Positions 35,271 to 46,176 of a DNA stretch of 64,000 nt are shown in pieces. The notes under the pieces are model-generated. The model saw only the letters and a program-made list of their open reading frames with translations. It had not been told where the DNA came from and made no database searches. Source of the DNA: Prasinococcaceae sp. CCMP 1430. Its lineage: Eukaryota > Plantae > Prasinodermophyta. Both the position numbers and the translations under genes were made by a program. Each line of letters opens with the position of its first letter. Position 1 is the first letter of the stretch. The DNA is taken from contig RQSC01000032.1 in assembly GCA_013416795.1 (NCBI GenBank), positions 580,036 through 644,035 on the forward strand. The letters run 5' to 3'.

Positions 35271-36032
35271 NNNNNNNNNNNNNNNNNNNNNNNNNNNNNN
35301 NNNNNNNNNNNNNNNNNNNNNNNNNNNNNNNNNNNNNNNNNNNNNNNNNNNNNNNNNNNNNNNNNNNNNNNNNNNNNNNNNNNNNNNNNNNNNNNNNNNN
35401 NNNNNNNNNNNNNNNNNNNNNNNNNNNNNNNNNNNNNNNNNNNNNNNNNNNNNNNNNNNNNNNNNNNNNNNNNNNNNNNNNNNNNNNNNNNNNNNNNNNN
35501 NNNNNNNNNNNNNNNNNNNNNNNNNNNNNNNNNNNNNNNNNNNNNNNNNNNNNNNNNNNNNNNNNNNNNNNNNNNNNNNNNNNNNNNNNNNNNNNNNNNN
35601 NNNNNNNNNNNNNNNNNNNNNNNNNNNNNNNNNNNNNNNNNNNNNNNNNNNNNNNNNNNNNNNNNNNNNNNNNNNNNNNNNNNNNNNNNNNNNNNNNNNN
35701 NNNNNNNNNNNNNNNNNNNNNNNNNNNNNNNNNNNNNNNNNNNNNNNNNNNNNNNNNNNNNNNNNNNNNNNNNNNNNNNNNNNNNNNNNNNNNNNNNNNN
35801 NNNNNNNNNNNNNNNNNNNNNNNNNNNNNNNNNNNNNNNNNNNNNNNNNNNNNNNNNNNNNNNNNNNNNNNNNNNNNNNNNNNNNNNNNNNNNNNNNNNN
35901 NNNNNNNNNNNNNNNNNNNNNNNNNNNNNNNNNNNNNNNNNNNNNNNNNNNNNNNNNNNNNNNNNNNNNNNNNNNNNNNNNNNNNNNNNNNNNNNNNNNN
36001 NNNNNNNNNNNNNNNNNNNNNNNNNNNNNNNN
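35271..36032. other. Assembly gap (N run)
   Basis: Continuous Ns. Confidence 1.
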
Positions 36033-36599
36033 GGCGGCGGCGTCCCCCCGCCGGCCGCCCCCGCCCCCGCGTGAGCGAGCGCGCGCTGCGCCCACCTCAT
36101 TCATTCCGTGTGTACAACAATGTTCCATAGCCTCATCAATCAACATCTCTGCGCACGCGCCGCGCGCGCGCGCCGCGAGACCGCGCGCGCAGGCCTGTTT
36201 CATCGATGGTGATGGTATGTACCATCGGATGCTGCTGTACAGAGTATGCAGCATATCATGCATGCGTTGGCGCGCGGTGCATCCAAAATTCCGAATGTCT
36301 CAATATTTGTTCGGCTTCGTTGGGGGTTGGGTGGGGGTTGGGTGGGGAGGATTTGATTTGTCATCACCATCGAATATCGTATCTGCCGCGGGCCCGACGC
36401 CGCGCGAAAATGGCGGGAAAACGCGCGGAGACGGGGCGCGCGCGCCACCTCGGGGGCGCGCGCGCGAGCGCGGCGGTGCGGCTCGAACGGCGGCTCGCGC
36501 GGCGGCTCGGGCGGTGGCGCGCGGGCGGGGAGGTGGTCCCGAACCGAGGGAGGCGCCTCGCGCGATGCGGGCGCCCGCGACGCCGGCAGCGAGTTCGTC

Positions 36600-39068
36600 G
36601 CGCTCGGGAAGGAGAGCGCCGCGCACACGGCGGCACGCGAGGGCGCGTTCTGGCAGGAGCGCGCCGCCTTTGAGCGCGCGGCCGCCGACGCGGGGCGCGC
36701 CGCCAGGAAACCCACGGTCGAGAGGCTCGCAGAGTTCTGCGCGGCGGCTGAGAATCTCGACGGCGCCGGGGTTGCGATCGGCAGCGCAGCCGCATCCGCG
36801 CAGGGCCTTCCGACCGCTGTGACGATCTGCGGCGGCATCAACAGCGTGGACGCGCCGGCAGTCGCGCAGCTCTGCGAAGCGCTCCGCGCCCGCGGCCACG
36901 CCGTCGCATCCGTACCCGCTCGTTCTCTCCGTGGCACCAATGCATCGGGTGCCGGCCTCGCCGCGCTCCTCAGGCTCTCGGGCACGTCCATGCTCGCGGG
37001 CGAGAGGGCCCTGCGCGAACAGCAGGCCGCGCACCGCACAAGCGCGAGCGGCGACAAAACGGACGCCGCGGAGGCTCGGGCCCCTGCCAGCGCCGCTGCT
37101 GGAGGCGCTTCGAAGGGCAGGCGCAACGGACGGAGCACGCGCTCGCCCGCGCCAGCCCCTTCCGCCAAGAAGAAGAAGGATGGCAAAGCCGCCGACGGCG
37201 CTTCCGCCGACACAGCGCGTCTCGAGGAGAAGCACTGGGTGACTGGCGGCATGTGGGACGTGTCTTCCATCGCGCGCTGGCGCGCAGCCGAGAAGGGCGG
37301 CCGCGGCGCGCTGGTCTGGGTTCTGGACGGCACAGAGCGGCTGGATCCGGACGCGCTGACAGACCTGCTGACGCTGCTGGCCGACGCGCGCGAGCACCGC
37401 GGGCTGCCCGTTTGCGTCATTACGCTGCTGCAGACGAGCGCCGGCACGCTTCAGCAGGTGCTGCCTGCAGCGACCGCGCAACGTCTCGCGCCCACGGTCT
37501 TCTCGTTCGCGACGCCCGCACAGTGCGTCAACGCGCTGCTCGAACGCACGTTGCTCGCGACGGCGCCGGGGGCGTCAGCGGCTGGGGAGCAGGGCGCCGG
37601 CACCTCCCACGATGCCCCGGCGCTGCTGGCGCCCGTGCTCGGCCTGAGCGGCGCGTGCGTGCACGGCCTCCAGCAGTCCTTCATATGCCACCATTCGCTG
37701 GCATCGTACGTTGAGCAAGTGTGCGCCACTGCGCGTGCGGCACATTTCACGTCGCACCCGCTCGCATCGCTCGCTGCGCCGGCGGCGTGCGCGTCGAAGA
37801 GCGCGCTGCAGGCGGCTATCAAGGCAGCACCCGCGGCGGCCGTCGCTGCGCTCGCCAAGGAGGCGCGCGTGGGGGCCAAGGCACTGCCTGGCGCGCTGTG
37901 GGAGATGCTCGAGCGCAGGCGTGCTCGCGCGCTCGCGTTGCGGTGGGTGGCTTCCTGCGGATCCGCGTCCCTGCTCGAACTGCTCGTTGCGGTCTCAGAC
38001 GACGGCGAGGAGGACGACGGGGATGCGGATGCAGGGGAGCCGCGTGGCTCTCAGGAGCTGAGGGACGCGGTGCATGCGCTACGCGCGATGGGCGCTCCGG
38101 GCGGGCGTGCCCCTGGCCAGGCCGAGAGAGGTGGGAGAGGCGACGGCACGGGCGCGGACGCGCAGGCGCGCTTGTCCCAGCTCATGGCGGTGCTGCGCCA
38201 ATGGGTGCGCGTGCCCGCGCCCGCTCAGGTCGAGGCCCATGTGGAAGCCGCCCGCACGCTGCTCGCCGAGGCAGAGCGCGCTACGGGAGCGACGGCGACC
38301 GCCATGGTTGGCGCGCCCGACACAGCCCAAACAGCCGAGATGGAGAAGGTGGCGGCTGCAAGGCGCGGACGTGGCAAGGCTGCGGCCTCCAAGGGCGGCA
38401 AGAGTGGCGCCAAGGCCGGGGTCAAGGCCGCGGCTGCATCGAAGGGGGAGGATGCTGCTGCGACGACGACGGCGCTCCGTCCGAAGGACATCGCAGATCG
38501 CGCTGCGGACCTCCTCTCTGCGGTGGGCCGCGCGCACATGCTCAGCGCAGACCCGCTGGAGGGAGCCCTGGGCGCGGCATGGCGCTTCGACGGCTGGCAG
38601 ACGGTTGCAGACGCTCTGCACCCGGCACCTCGCTCGCGCGCGATGGCTCACATGGCCGCGGGCGCCCCCTCCGTGAGCGCGCGCGGTGGCGGTCGCAACG
38701 GCGGCGTCCGCCCGCTGGCGTCTGTTGACTGCGCGATGGACGACACCGCCATGGCCTGGGCACTCCTGTCCGCGCATGGTGAGAACGCGAGCGTAGCGAG
38801 GTGGTATCGTGAGATGTGCCATGTGTACATCAAAGGAGGCCAATGTGGGGCGCAGTCTGGACGCGGCCGTGGACGGAAGCGCAAGGCGGCGACTGCGACC
38901 GAGGCAAGCGAGGTGGATGACGCCCTGACGGCGCTCGCTGCGCGTGACCGCGCCACGCTTCAGGCGAGGTTCAGTCGCGCTGCCGGGGAGCTGCAGCTGA
39001 TGGGGGCTATTCGCAGCGCGTCCAAGCGGTCCGACACAGTGCAGAGGCTCGTTTTCGACGCGATGTGA
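36600..39068 (+). CDS. ORC3: Origin recognition complex subunit 3; start codon unresolved, frame open upstream of 36819
   Basis: LPTA, VLDGTERLDPDALTDLL, LQQVLP, HFTSHPL, RWYREMC and C-terminal ARFSRAAGELQLMGAI...VQRLVF match remembered ORC3 motifs. Confidence 0.8.
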   Translation, partial: ALGKESAAHTAAREGAFWQERAAFERAAADAGRAARKPTVERLAEFCAAAENLDGAGVAIGSAAASAQGLPTAVTICGGINSVDAPAVAQLCEALRARGHAVASVPARSLRGTNASGAGLAALLRLSGTSMLAGERALREQQAAHRTSASGDKTDAAEARAPASAAAGGASKGRRNGRSTRSPAPAPSAKKKKDGKAADGASADTARLEEKHWVTGGMWDVSSIARWRAAEKGGRGALVWVLDGTERLDPDALTDLLTLLADAREHRGLPVCVITLLQTSAGTLQQVLPAATAQRLAPTVFSFATPAQCVNALLERTLLATAPGASAAGEQGAGTSHDAPALLAPVLGLSGACVHGLQQSFICHHSLASYVEQVCATARAAHFTSHPLASLAAPAACASKSALQAAIKAAPAAAVAALAKEARVGAKALPGALWEMLERRRARALALRWVASCGSASLLELLVAVSDDGEEDDGDADAGEPRGSQELRDAVHALRAMGAPGGRAPGQAERGGRGDGTGADAQARLSQLMAVLRQWVRVPAPAQVEAHVEAARTLLAEAERATGATATAMVGAPDTAQTAEMEKVAAARRGRGKAAASKGGKSGAKAGVKAAAASKGEDAAATTTALRPKDIADRAADLLSAVGRAHMLSADPLEGALGAAWRFDGWQTVADALHPAPRSRAMAHMAAGAPSVSARGGGRNGGVRPLASVDCAMDDTAMAWALLSAHGENASVARWYREMCHVYIKGGQCGAQSGRGRGRKRKAATATEASEVDDALTALAARDRATLQARFSRAAGELQLMGAIRSASKRSDTVQRLVFDAM

Positions 39069-39312
39069 TGCGCGCGCACGCTGCGCTCTGTCGCGGCGCT
39101 CGCCACGCTCGCGCGTGCGGTCGAGCGCATCCCGCCATCCCGCGCTCCGTACAGTCAAGAGTCTCTGAGACGCACAGCCTTAAGCTCCAACGCGCCCACG
39201 TGCGCCTGCGCCTGCGAATGCGAAGCGCGCCGCAGCTGCGAGCGCGCGCGGCATCGCTCTCGGCGGCATCGTCCACTGTGCGCGCGCGAACATAGCTTCG
39301 GGTCGCACCGCA

Positions 39313-40682
39313 TCAGGTGCACGCGGGTCGAGCGGCTCTGCCGCCGCCGCTGCTGCCAGCAGCTCTGCCGGCGGCCGCATACGCCTGTGACGCTTCCTCT
39401 CGCTGTCCCTCTTGCGCTTCTTGGCCGCCGCGCCGCCGCTCTTGCTCCTCTTGGATAGGCCGGGTATGGTTCCCCCCAACGCCTCCATTGCCGCGAGCTG
39501 CTCCGCCCACCGCGCGTTCCACTCCTCCTCGACAGCCGCGCACATCTCTACGATCTCATCGTCCTCGTTGTTGTACAGCCTGCAGTTGGCCCACACGCGT
39601 TCCACGTCGGCAAGCGCAGCGGGCACGTCCTTGTGGCGGTGCTTGCTCAGCCGCTGGCGGATGGTGCCCAAGTCGATGGGGCGTGCCACCACGTCGTAGT
39701 AGTCAGTCAGCCCCAGCTCCTCGACGGGCACGGGCGTATTGAAGGGCTCTGCGTCCTCGTGCGCCATGGTCGCGTCGAGGGCTTTCACGAAGAAGGGACG
39801 CCACTTGATGCTACCACGGGTGCCGCCTGAGGGGCGCGCTCTGCTGCCGCCGCCGCCGCCACGGTGCTTCGCTGGCCGGCCCGGCGAGGCGTAGTCGTCG
39901 TCGTCGCCGCCGTCGTCGTCGTCTGCGCGCGACGCAGAGGCGAAAATCATGGCGGTGGTGTGCACGCACGCAGGCATCAGCGAGCTGCAGGCATAGGGAC
40001 GCGAGGCGCTAGAGTACGTATGCGCACGCGCGCTGCGCTCGCGCAAGCGCGTTGTGCTCACCTCCATCGTCCTCTTCGTCCTCCTCGCCGCCATCGTCAT
40101 CTCGATCTTCCTCACGCGCGCCTGCCACGGCGCGCCCTCCCCCGCCTGCACCTTCCTCGCGCTCGGCGGCCCCCTCTCCAAAGTCCTCGTCGTCGGGGGC
40201 GTGCGGGTCGTAGTAGGGCCCGAGTACCGTGGGCCGCCCGTACTGCGCGAGCCCGTTCTTGGACCACGTGTCTCGGAAGTATTTCTCGACGGTGTCGCAC
40301 GCGGCGTTGACAGGGTGCGCGGGGTGGTTGTACGTCCGACAGTTCGACCACACGCGGGAGACGTCTGCGAGGAGGGCCATTGCGCTCCGGTACTGTCCGC
40401 AGTGCCAGGCGCCGTGAGTCAGCGAAAAGGGCGCTTTGGGGCGTCTCGTCGCCTTTCGGGGCGCGGGCTCCCCGCGCAGCGCCGCCCTCTCACCTTTCTG
40501 TTGTCGAGCTTCTCGAGCACCGTGCCGAGGTCCATGGGCTGGTCGATGACGTCGAGGTAGTCTGGGAGTCCGTCTGCGACCGGATCGACTGGCTCGCTGA
40601 AATACTGCTCGGCGTCTTCATGCGACATTGCGCGCACCACGCAGCGCCGCGCGAGCTTCTCCCAGTCGCCTCCGCTGGGCAT
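39313..40682 (-). CDS. Tandem double-bromodomain protein; 3' end uncertain
   Basis: FSEPVD...PDYLDVIDQPMDLGTV...NCRTYN and FNTPV...DYYDVVARPIDLGTI...NCRLYN. Introns 40393-40493 and 39923-40061 keep the frame. Confidence 0.88.
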
Positions 40683-41062
40683 GGCGACCGCGCGGGGCCG
40701 CGGGCTCGGAGGCCCCCGTCGTCGCGGAAGAAGAGCCCCCCCCACACCTTCCTTCCCCCCCTTCCGCCCCTCCGCTGGGCTGGCCCTCCTGTGGGCGCTA
40801 CGCCCGCGGCATGTGGCACGGGGGGGCGGCGGCTGCGCTGGTACCCCCCAGGCCGAGCAGAGGCCCGCCCCCCCCTTTTTTTTTTTTTTTTGGCCGCCGC
40901 GCTCAGGCTTGCGGCGAGTGATGGAGCTGGCTGATAGACTGCACCACCGGCACCGGGCTGTCGCGCCACAGGGTAGCACCGCCGCGGCCGCCACCCTGCA
41001 TTCCGAGGCAGCTGCCGGGACTGAGTACAGGGAGAGAGGAGAGGAGAAGCTCGTGCGTTGCG

Positions 41063-41742
41063 ATGGTGGCGCTGCCGAAGCTGCCGCGGCTGGCTGAGCT
41101 TGACGCGCCCGAGGCGGCGCGGGGCGCAGCCATCGGCGCCGTTCTGGCGTGCACCCCGCTGCTCTTCGTGCAGGTACGAGGGAGGGCTGCGTGGGTGCGC
41201 CCGCGTGTGTGTTGGGGGGAGCGCGGATGCCGTGTTGCATGCATTGGTGGGCGCTGCTGACAACCTTCCCGTATCACCTCCCCGTCCATGCTCGTGTCTC
41301 GCTCGCGTGTTGTCCGGTGAAGACTTGGGTAGCGCTCGCACTGTACCCGCTGCTGAAGCGACTGGGCTTCGACTTCAACCTGCCCATCTGCCTGCTGGCG
41401 AACCAGCTGAACAACCCGCTCACCGCCTTCCCGCTGCTGTATGCGATGTGCTGGCTGGGGGCGCACGCGCTAAACGCAGTTGGATGTCCCGTGGCGGACG
41501 TGTCGTATGCGGCGCTGACGGCGAGGCTAGTAGCCATCGAGGCCGCTGCAGACGGCGACCTGACCGCCCGATTCGTCGAGAGCACGCGCTTCGTGTTCCT
41601 GGAGCTGGGAACGGCCGCAATGGTCGGCGCGGTGCTGGCGGCGGCGCCCGTCGCCGTGGCGGCGAGCTCTGTCACCGGCTGGGCGGTGCGGCGAGCAAAA
41701 CGGGCGGCGGAGGCGGGCGGCGCGAAGAAGAAGGCGGAGTAG
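41063..41742 (+). CDS. DUF2062-like membrane protein
   Basis: ARGAAIG...P...Q|TW.AL...N.P...ANQLNNPLT..P pattern. Intron 41174-41322. Confidence 0.7.
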
Positions 41743-41823
41743 AGTAGAAGCCGAGGCAGGGGAGTGGGTGGCTACTGTACAAGATGCGTTATTACGACAT
41801 ATACATCAGGCGCTCGTAAGCCT

Positions 41824-43000
41824 TCATGACTGCCCCAGGGCGGTGCGCACTGCGAGCGTGCCGCCCTCGCTGTGCAGACGGCCATGCCTGGGGCGCAGCA
41901 TCTGGCGGCCCATCGGCCCGTCGCCCGTCGCAACCTCGTGCTCCTCGCCGTCGAGGACCTGCGCCCTGCACACAGGACACGTCGGGCTGACGTTCGTGAG
42001 CCATCTGTCCACGCATCCCGCGTGCATGCTGTGGCCGCACGGCAGGTCGCGCAACACGTCACCGTCCTCGAACTCCGCCAAGCATATGCTGCATTCGAGG
42101 CCGAGTGGGCTCGGGAGCGCGCCGGCGCGCGCGCTCGTGCGCTCGCGCTGGTCGCCCGTTGCGCTCGAGGCCGCACAGGCTTTCGCGTCCGAGTCGACGG
42201 CAGTGCCGTCCGTCGACGTCTGCGCAGCGCCGTACTTGTGCGTGGGGAGCCTGTTGACGGACACCCTCCTGAGCTCGCGAGCCGCCTCGAGGTGCATGTT
42301 TGCGGCTTCGTCCACTTCGTCGAGCGCGCGCGACAGCGTGTCCACGAGCGAGATGATGCGCAAGGCCACCTCGCGCGGCGCGTCGGCGGCGGACTGCCCG
42401 CGCACACCGGGACCGCCCGCAGCATAGCCCTGCGCGGTCTGCAGCGCTTCCCATCCGCGAATCGCATCGTCGATCAGCCACAGCGACTGCAGGCGCCGCG
42501 AGATTGGGGCCTCGCCGGCGGCTTCGGCGGCGGCGTTGGCGGCGGCGGCGGCAACGACGGAAGCTGCGGCGGCGGCTGCCGCAACGGCGGGGCCAGCGGC
42601 GTCCCATGGCAGGCCCGCTCGGCGCTCGCCCGATGCTCGCACGGCATCCTCGTCGCCCTCTGGCCGCATAGGCTCGGCCGCTCGAACCGCCGGCGCGACT
42701 GCAACGGCGGCGTGCTCGGCTTCGCCTTGGGGCGCGGCCTGTAGCGCGGTCGGTCGGTCGCGCGCTCGCGCGCTCGGCTCTGGCCGCACGGAACTGCTGG
42801 CCACGCGAGGCGTCCTGAAGCACGCGCCGAGGAGCTGCCGCAACCATGAGCGGCGCGGCGGCGCGCTGTCTCCCGTCGCGTCCGCCTCGCGCTGGCGCTC
42901 TTCGCGCTTGTGCTCTGCTTCCCAGCGGCGCTCGAGCGCGAGGACGCGCTGGCGCGCCAGCCCGAGCTGGCGCGAGCTCGTGCCCGAGCGTTCCACAGCC
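41824..43000 (-). CDS. RING-H2 E3 ubiquitin ligase; start not found
   Basis: [32 protein letters not shown]...TCPVCR. Confidence 0.85.
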
Positions 43001-43245
43001 AGCGCCGGCGCGTCCGCCTGCGCCAGCGCGCGAGCGCCGGGTCGCGCGCGAGCGCCATGCGCTCCGCGCGGCGAGGATCTCTCTCTGCGGCGGGCGCGGG
43101 CGTTGCCCACCGTCGCCGCGCTCCGACTGCGCGCGAGGGCCCGCCGGACGACACCGCGCCCGGGCACGCTTCGCTCTGGCCGCTCGCAGTGCGCTGACGC
43201 GCCCTGCGCACGCCGCGCCTCGCCCCACCCGCCGTTCTGCGGCAG

Positions 43246-43870
43246 GACGTGCATCGCCGTCGCCGGCGAGCGCTTCGTGGTGGTGGCGGCCGACACGCGC
43301 ATGAGCAGCGGGTTCAACATCCTGACGCGCGACCACCCCAAGACGCTGCAGCTGAGCTCGCACTGCGTGATCGCCACGTCGGGCTTCGACGCCGACGCCA
43401 AGGCGCTGCAGAAGCACCTCAAGGCGGACCACATCGTGTACAAGCAGAACCACGGCAAGGAGATGGGCTGCGTGGCGGCCGCGCAGCTGCTGTCGCAGAC
43501 GCTGTACCACAAGCGCTTCTTCCCGTACTACACCTTCAACCTGCTGGCGGGCCTCGACAAGGAGGGCAAGGGCGCCGTGTTCACCTACGACGCGGTCGGC
43601 AGCTACGAGCGGACCAACTACAGCTGCCAGGGCACGGGGCGCGCGCTCATCGAGAGCGTGCTCGACAACCAGCTCAAGCTGCCCAGCCCGCTGCTCGTGC
43701 CCAAGCAGGAGAGCGCGTACGGCGGCTCGGAGGAGGACGCCATCGACCTCATGAAGGACGCCTTCGCGTCGGCGGCGGAGCGCGACATCTACACGGGCGA
43801 CGCGGTGCAGATCGTGGTCATCAACAAGGACGGCACGCGCACCGAGACCATGGAGCTCAAGCGGGACTGA
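43246..43870 (+). CDS. PBF1: 20S proteasome subunit beta type-1 (beta6), first coding exon not visible
   Basis: [34 protein letters not shown] and ERDIYTGD motifs. Preceded by CTGAC and a CAG acceptor at 43245. TGTAA at 43895. Confidence 0.96.
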
Positions 43871-44870
43871 GCGCGCGGCCGCCGGCGGCTCCTCTGTAAT
43901 GAATACACCACACGCGCGCACGAGCAACCGCAGCTCGCTCGTCGCCGCGTCGGCCAGGCGGGCGCTTGCGGCGTATCGGCGTGTGCGGAAGGGGGGTGTG
44001 AGGGCGCGGGTGCGGGGGTCGCAGGGCGTCGGCGACGTTTGCCGGGGCGCCCTGTCGTGGGCCGCTCGCCCGGCGCGTCCCCGACGCTCACGCCGACGCT
44101 CACGCGGCTCTCCCGTGGGTCTTTTCATTCTCTTTTTTAAATTCAAGAAACCCGCGCTTTGAATGCTGGCACTCTGCCCCATCGACATCGAATTCATCAG
44201 TGCGTGCGAGTTCCCACATATATCTGTCGTATCACTTCGCATTCGAAAAACGCAGGCCGGAACGGGCGACGCGGGCGCGCCCCGCGGCGCCTCCCCTCCG
44301 GCGCGCCGGCGGTCGCCGAGAAAAAACCGCCGCGCCCCCGCCGGCGCGAGGCGCGCAGAAAGCCTCATCAGTCGGGACCGGCGCCGGGCCGGCCGGACCT
44401 CCATGAGCCAATGAATGGATGGGTGTGGATGGGTGGGTGGATGGGTGGGTAGGAGCCTCTTTCTTCCCAAGATGGATCGATCCGCGGGTAACAGAAGAGC
44501 TCCGCGCACTCGCCAGCAGCAGCAGGAGCAGCGGCAGCAGCAGCTGCAGCAGCAGCAGCGGCAGCGGCAGCAGCAGTGACTGACGTGGCGATCGGATCGG
44601 CAGTTCTCCAGGCAGCTTCTTCGCGCTGTGCTTCCGGACGGACGCAGTGCACACACACACAGACAGTGTCTTCATAGTCAGCCTTCGTTCTGTCTGACGG
44701 CGCGCGGGCGCGCGCGCGCGCCGCGCCGCCCTGCTGGCCCGAAGGGGGAGAACGATGGGGCGGGAGAGCGCGCGCGCGTGGCGGCGGCGGCGAGTGCGCG
44801 TGCGGGCCTCGCCGCGGGCAGGTGCGGCGGTGCGCGGCGGAGCCCGCGCCGCGCCGCCCGACCGACCGAC

Positions 44871-45557
44871 CTACGCGTGATCGAGCTCGTCGATGAGCTC
44901 GGCGAGCAGCCGCACGGGCATGCCCATCACCGAGTCGAGATCGCCCTCGAGGCGCGCGACGTGCGGCCAGACGAGCTCGTGCTCGCACATCAGGCCGCCG
45001 GCGCACTTGAAGACGTCGCCGGACGCCACCAGCGCGTCCACGGAGTCCGCCGGGAGGGCGCCGAAGTGGATGGTCGCGACGCTCACGCCGCACGCCCGCG
45101 GGCCGTCGTCCGCGCCGAGCCTCTGCACGGCGACCGACCCCACGGTCGACGGCGGCTCCCGCTCGTACCTCCCGATCATTGCGCGCGCCTCGGCCTCGTC
45201 GAGCGGCTTCTCGAGCACCTCCCTGCCACCCGCGGCGCCGCACACCACCACCTGGTCGCACGCCACCAGGAGCGCCCCCTGCGCAGCGAGCTGCTCGCAC
45301 CGCTCCCTCCCGAGCGCGTCGGCGGCCTTGGCGGCGGCCGCGTCCGCCTTGGCGGCTGCGAGCGCGCGCACGAGCTCCTCCGGCGTGTCCCGCCGGATGG
45401 CGCGCTCGTCTATGGCAGGCGCCACGGTGCCGGCAAGTTTCACCCCCGCGTGCGATAGCACCTGGCGCCTGAACGGCGACGAGCTGGCAAGCACGATGGG
45501 TGGCAGCGCGGCCGGCGCGGCGCCCGGCCGCGCGGGCGCGACGCGTGGCGGCGCCAT
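44871..45557 (-). CDS. Maf-family nucleoside triphosphate pyrophosphatase
   Basis: IVLASSSPFRR, IDE, AAAKADA, ACDQVV, EKP, KCAGG and DSVMGMP motifs. Confidence 0.92.
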   Translation of the reverse strand: MAPPRVAPARPGAAPAALPPIVLASSSPFRRQVLSHAGVKLAGTVAPAIDERAIRRDTPEELVRALAAAKADAAAAKAADALGRERCEQLAAQGALLVACDQVVVCGAAGGREVLEKPLDEAEARAMIGRYEREPPSTVGSVAVQRLGADDGPRACGVSVATIHFGALPADSVDALVASGDVFKCAGGLMCEHELVWPHVARLEGDLDSVMGMPVRLLAELIDELDHA

Positions 45558-45801
45558 GTACGGCGGCGGCTACGGCTACGGCTACGGCATGCCCATCACG
45601 CCCTTCGGCTTTGGCTTCTCGCCGTTCGGCTTCGGCTTCGGCGGCGGCGGCCTCTTCCAGCTCTTTGTGCTGTTCGCGCTCTTCAACTTTGTGAGCTCGG
45701 TCGTGCAGGAGATCGGCGAGGGCATCGAGGACAAGTTCGACAACGACGACGACGATCGCCGCGGCGGCAGCGGGAGCGGCGGCGGGGACTACTTCGACTG
45801 A
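45556..45801 (+). CDS. Small Gly/Phe-rich membrane protein or C-terminal fragment (resembles plant At5g57345-type proteins)
   Basis: YGYGYG...PFGFGFSPFGFGFGGG, one TM segment and an acidic tail. TGTAA at 45875. Confidence 0.55.
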   Translation: MYGGGYGYGYGMPITPFGFGFSPFGFGFGGGGLFQLFVLFALFNFVSSVVQEIGEGIEDKFDNDDDDRRGGSGSGGGDYFD

Positions 45802-46176
45802 GACCTCGGCGCGCATGTCACCGTCGGCGGGCTGCGCGCGCGCGCCGCGCCGCCGGATTTTCCTTTTTGATGAATGTAAGCTGCGTGTTGAGCGAACAGA
45901 GAGAGTGTTACAGCACAACGTTGGTGTGAGCGGCGTGCACGGCACGCCGCCCTCCTTTGGTACAAGCGAGCAAGCCCCGGCGGTCAGCCCGGCGGACGGA
46001 TGGACGACGGAACAGGACAGAACGGAGCGGGGCGCGGCGGCTGAGCGCGACGCGCGCGCCCGGGTGGACCAGGCGCGGCGTCCGGGCCACCTCAGAAGTG
46101 GTGTTGGCCCTGCGACGCGAGCGACGTCCTGCGGTCGCGGAGGCGCCTGGAGTGCAACGGCGCCTGGCCGGTCGCG

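Noticed and set aside
36100-36150. GTGTGTACAA, complementary to an 18S rRNA segment, as a C/D snoRNA guide
   Set aside because: Only a 10-nt match, with no correctly placed C and D boxes.
27650-36822. ORFs containing long X runs (e.g. 33883-36822, 27953-29008)
   Set aside because: They read through N gaps and are artefacts of the ORF caller.
44160-44700. CAG/CTG-rich tract as a coding poly-Ala/Leu/Gln region
   Set aside because: No coherent reading frame or motif; most likely UTR or intergenic simple repeat.
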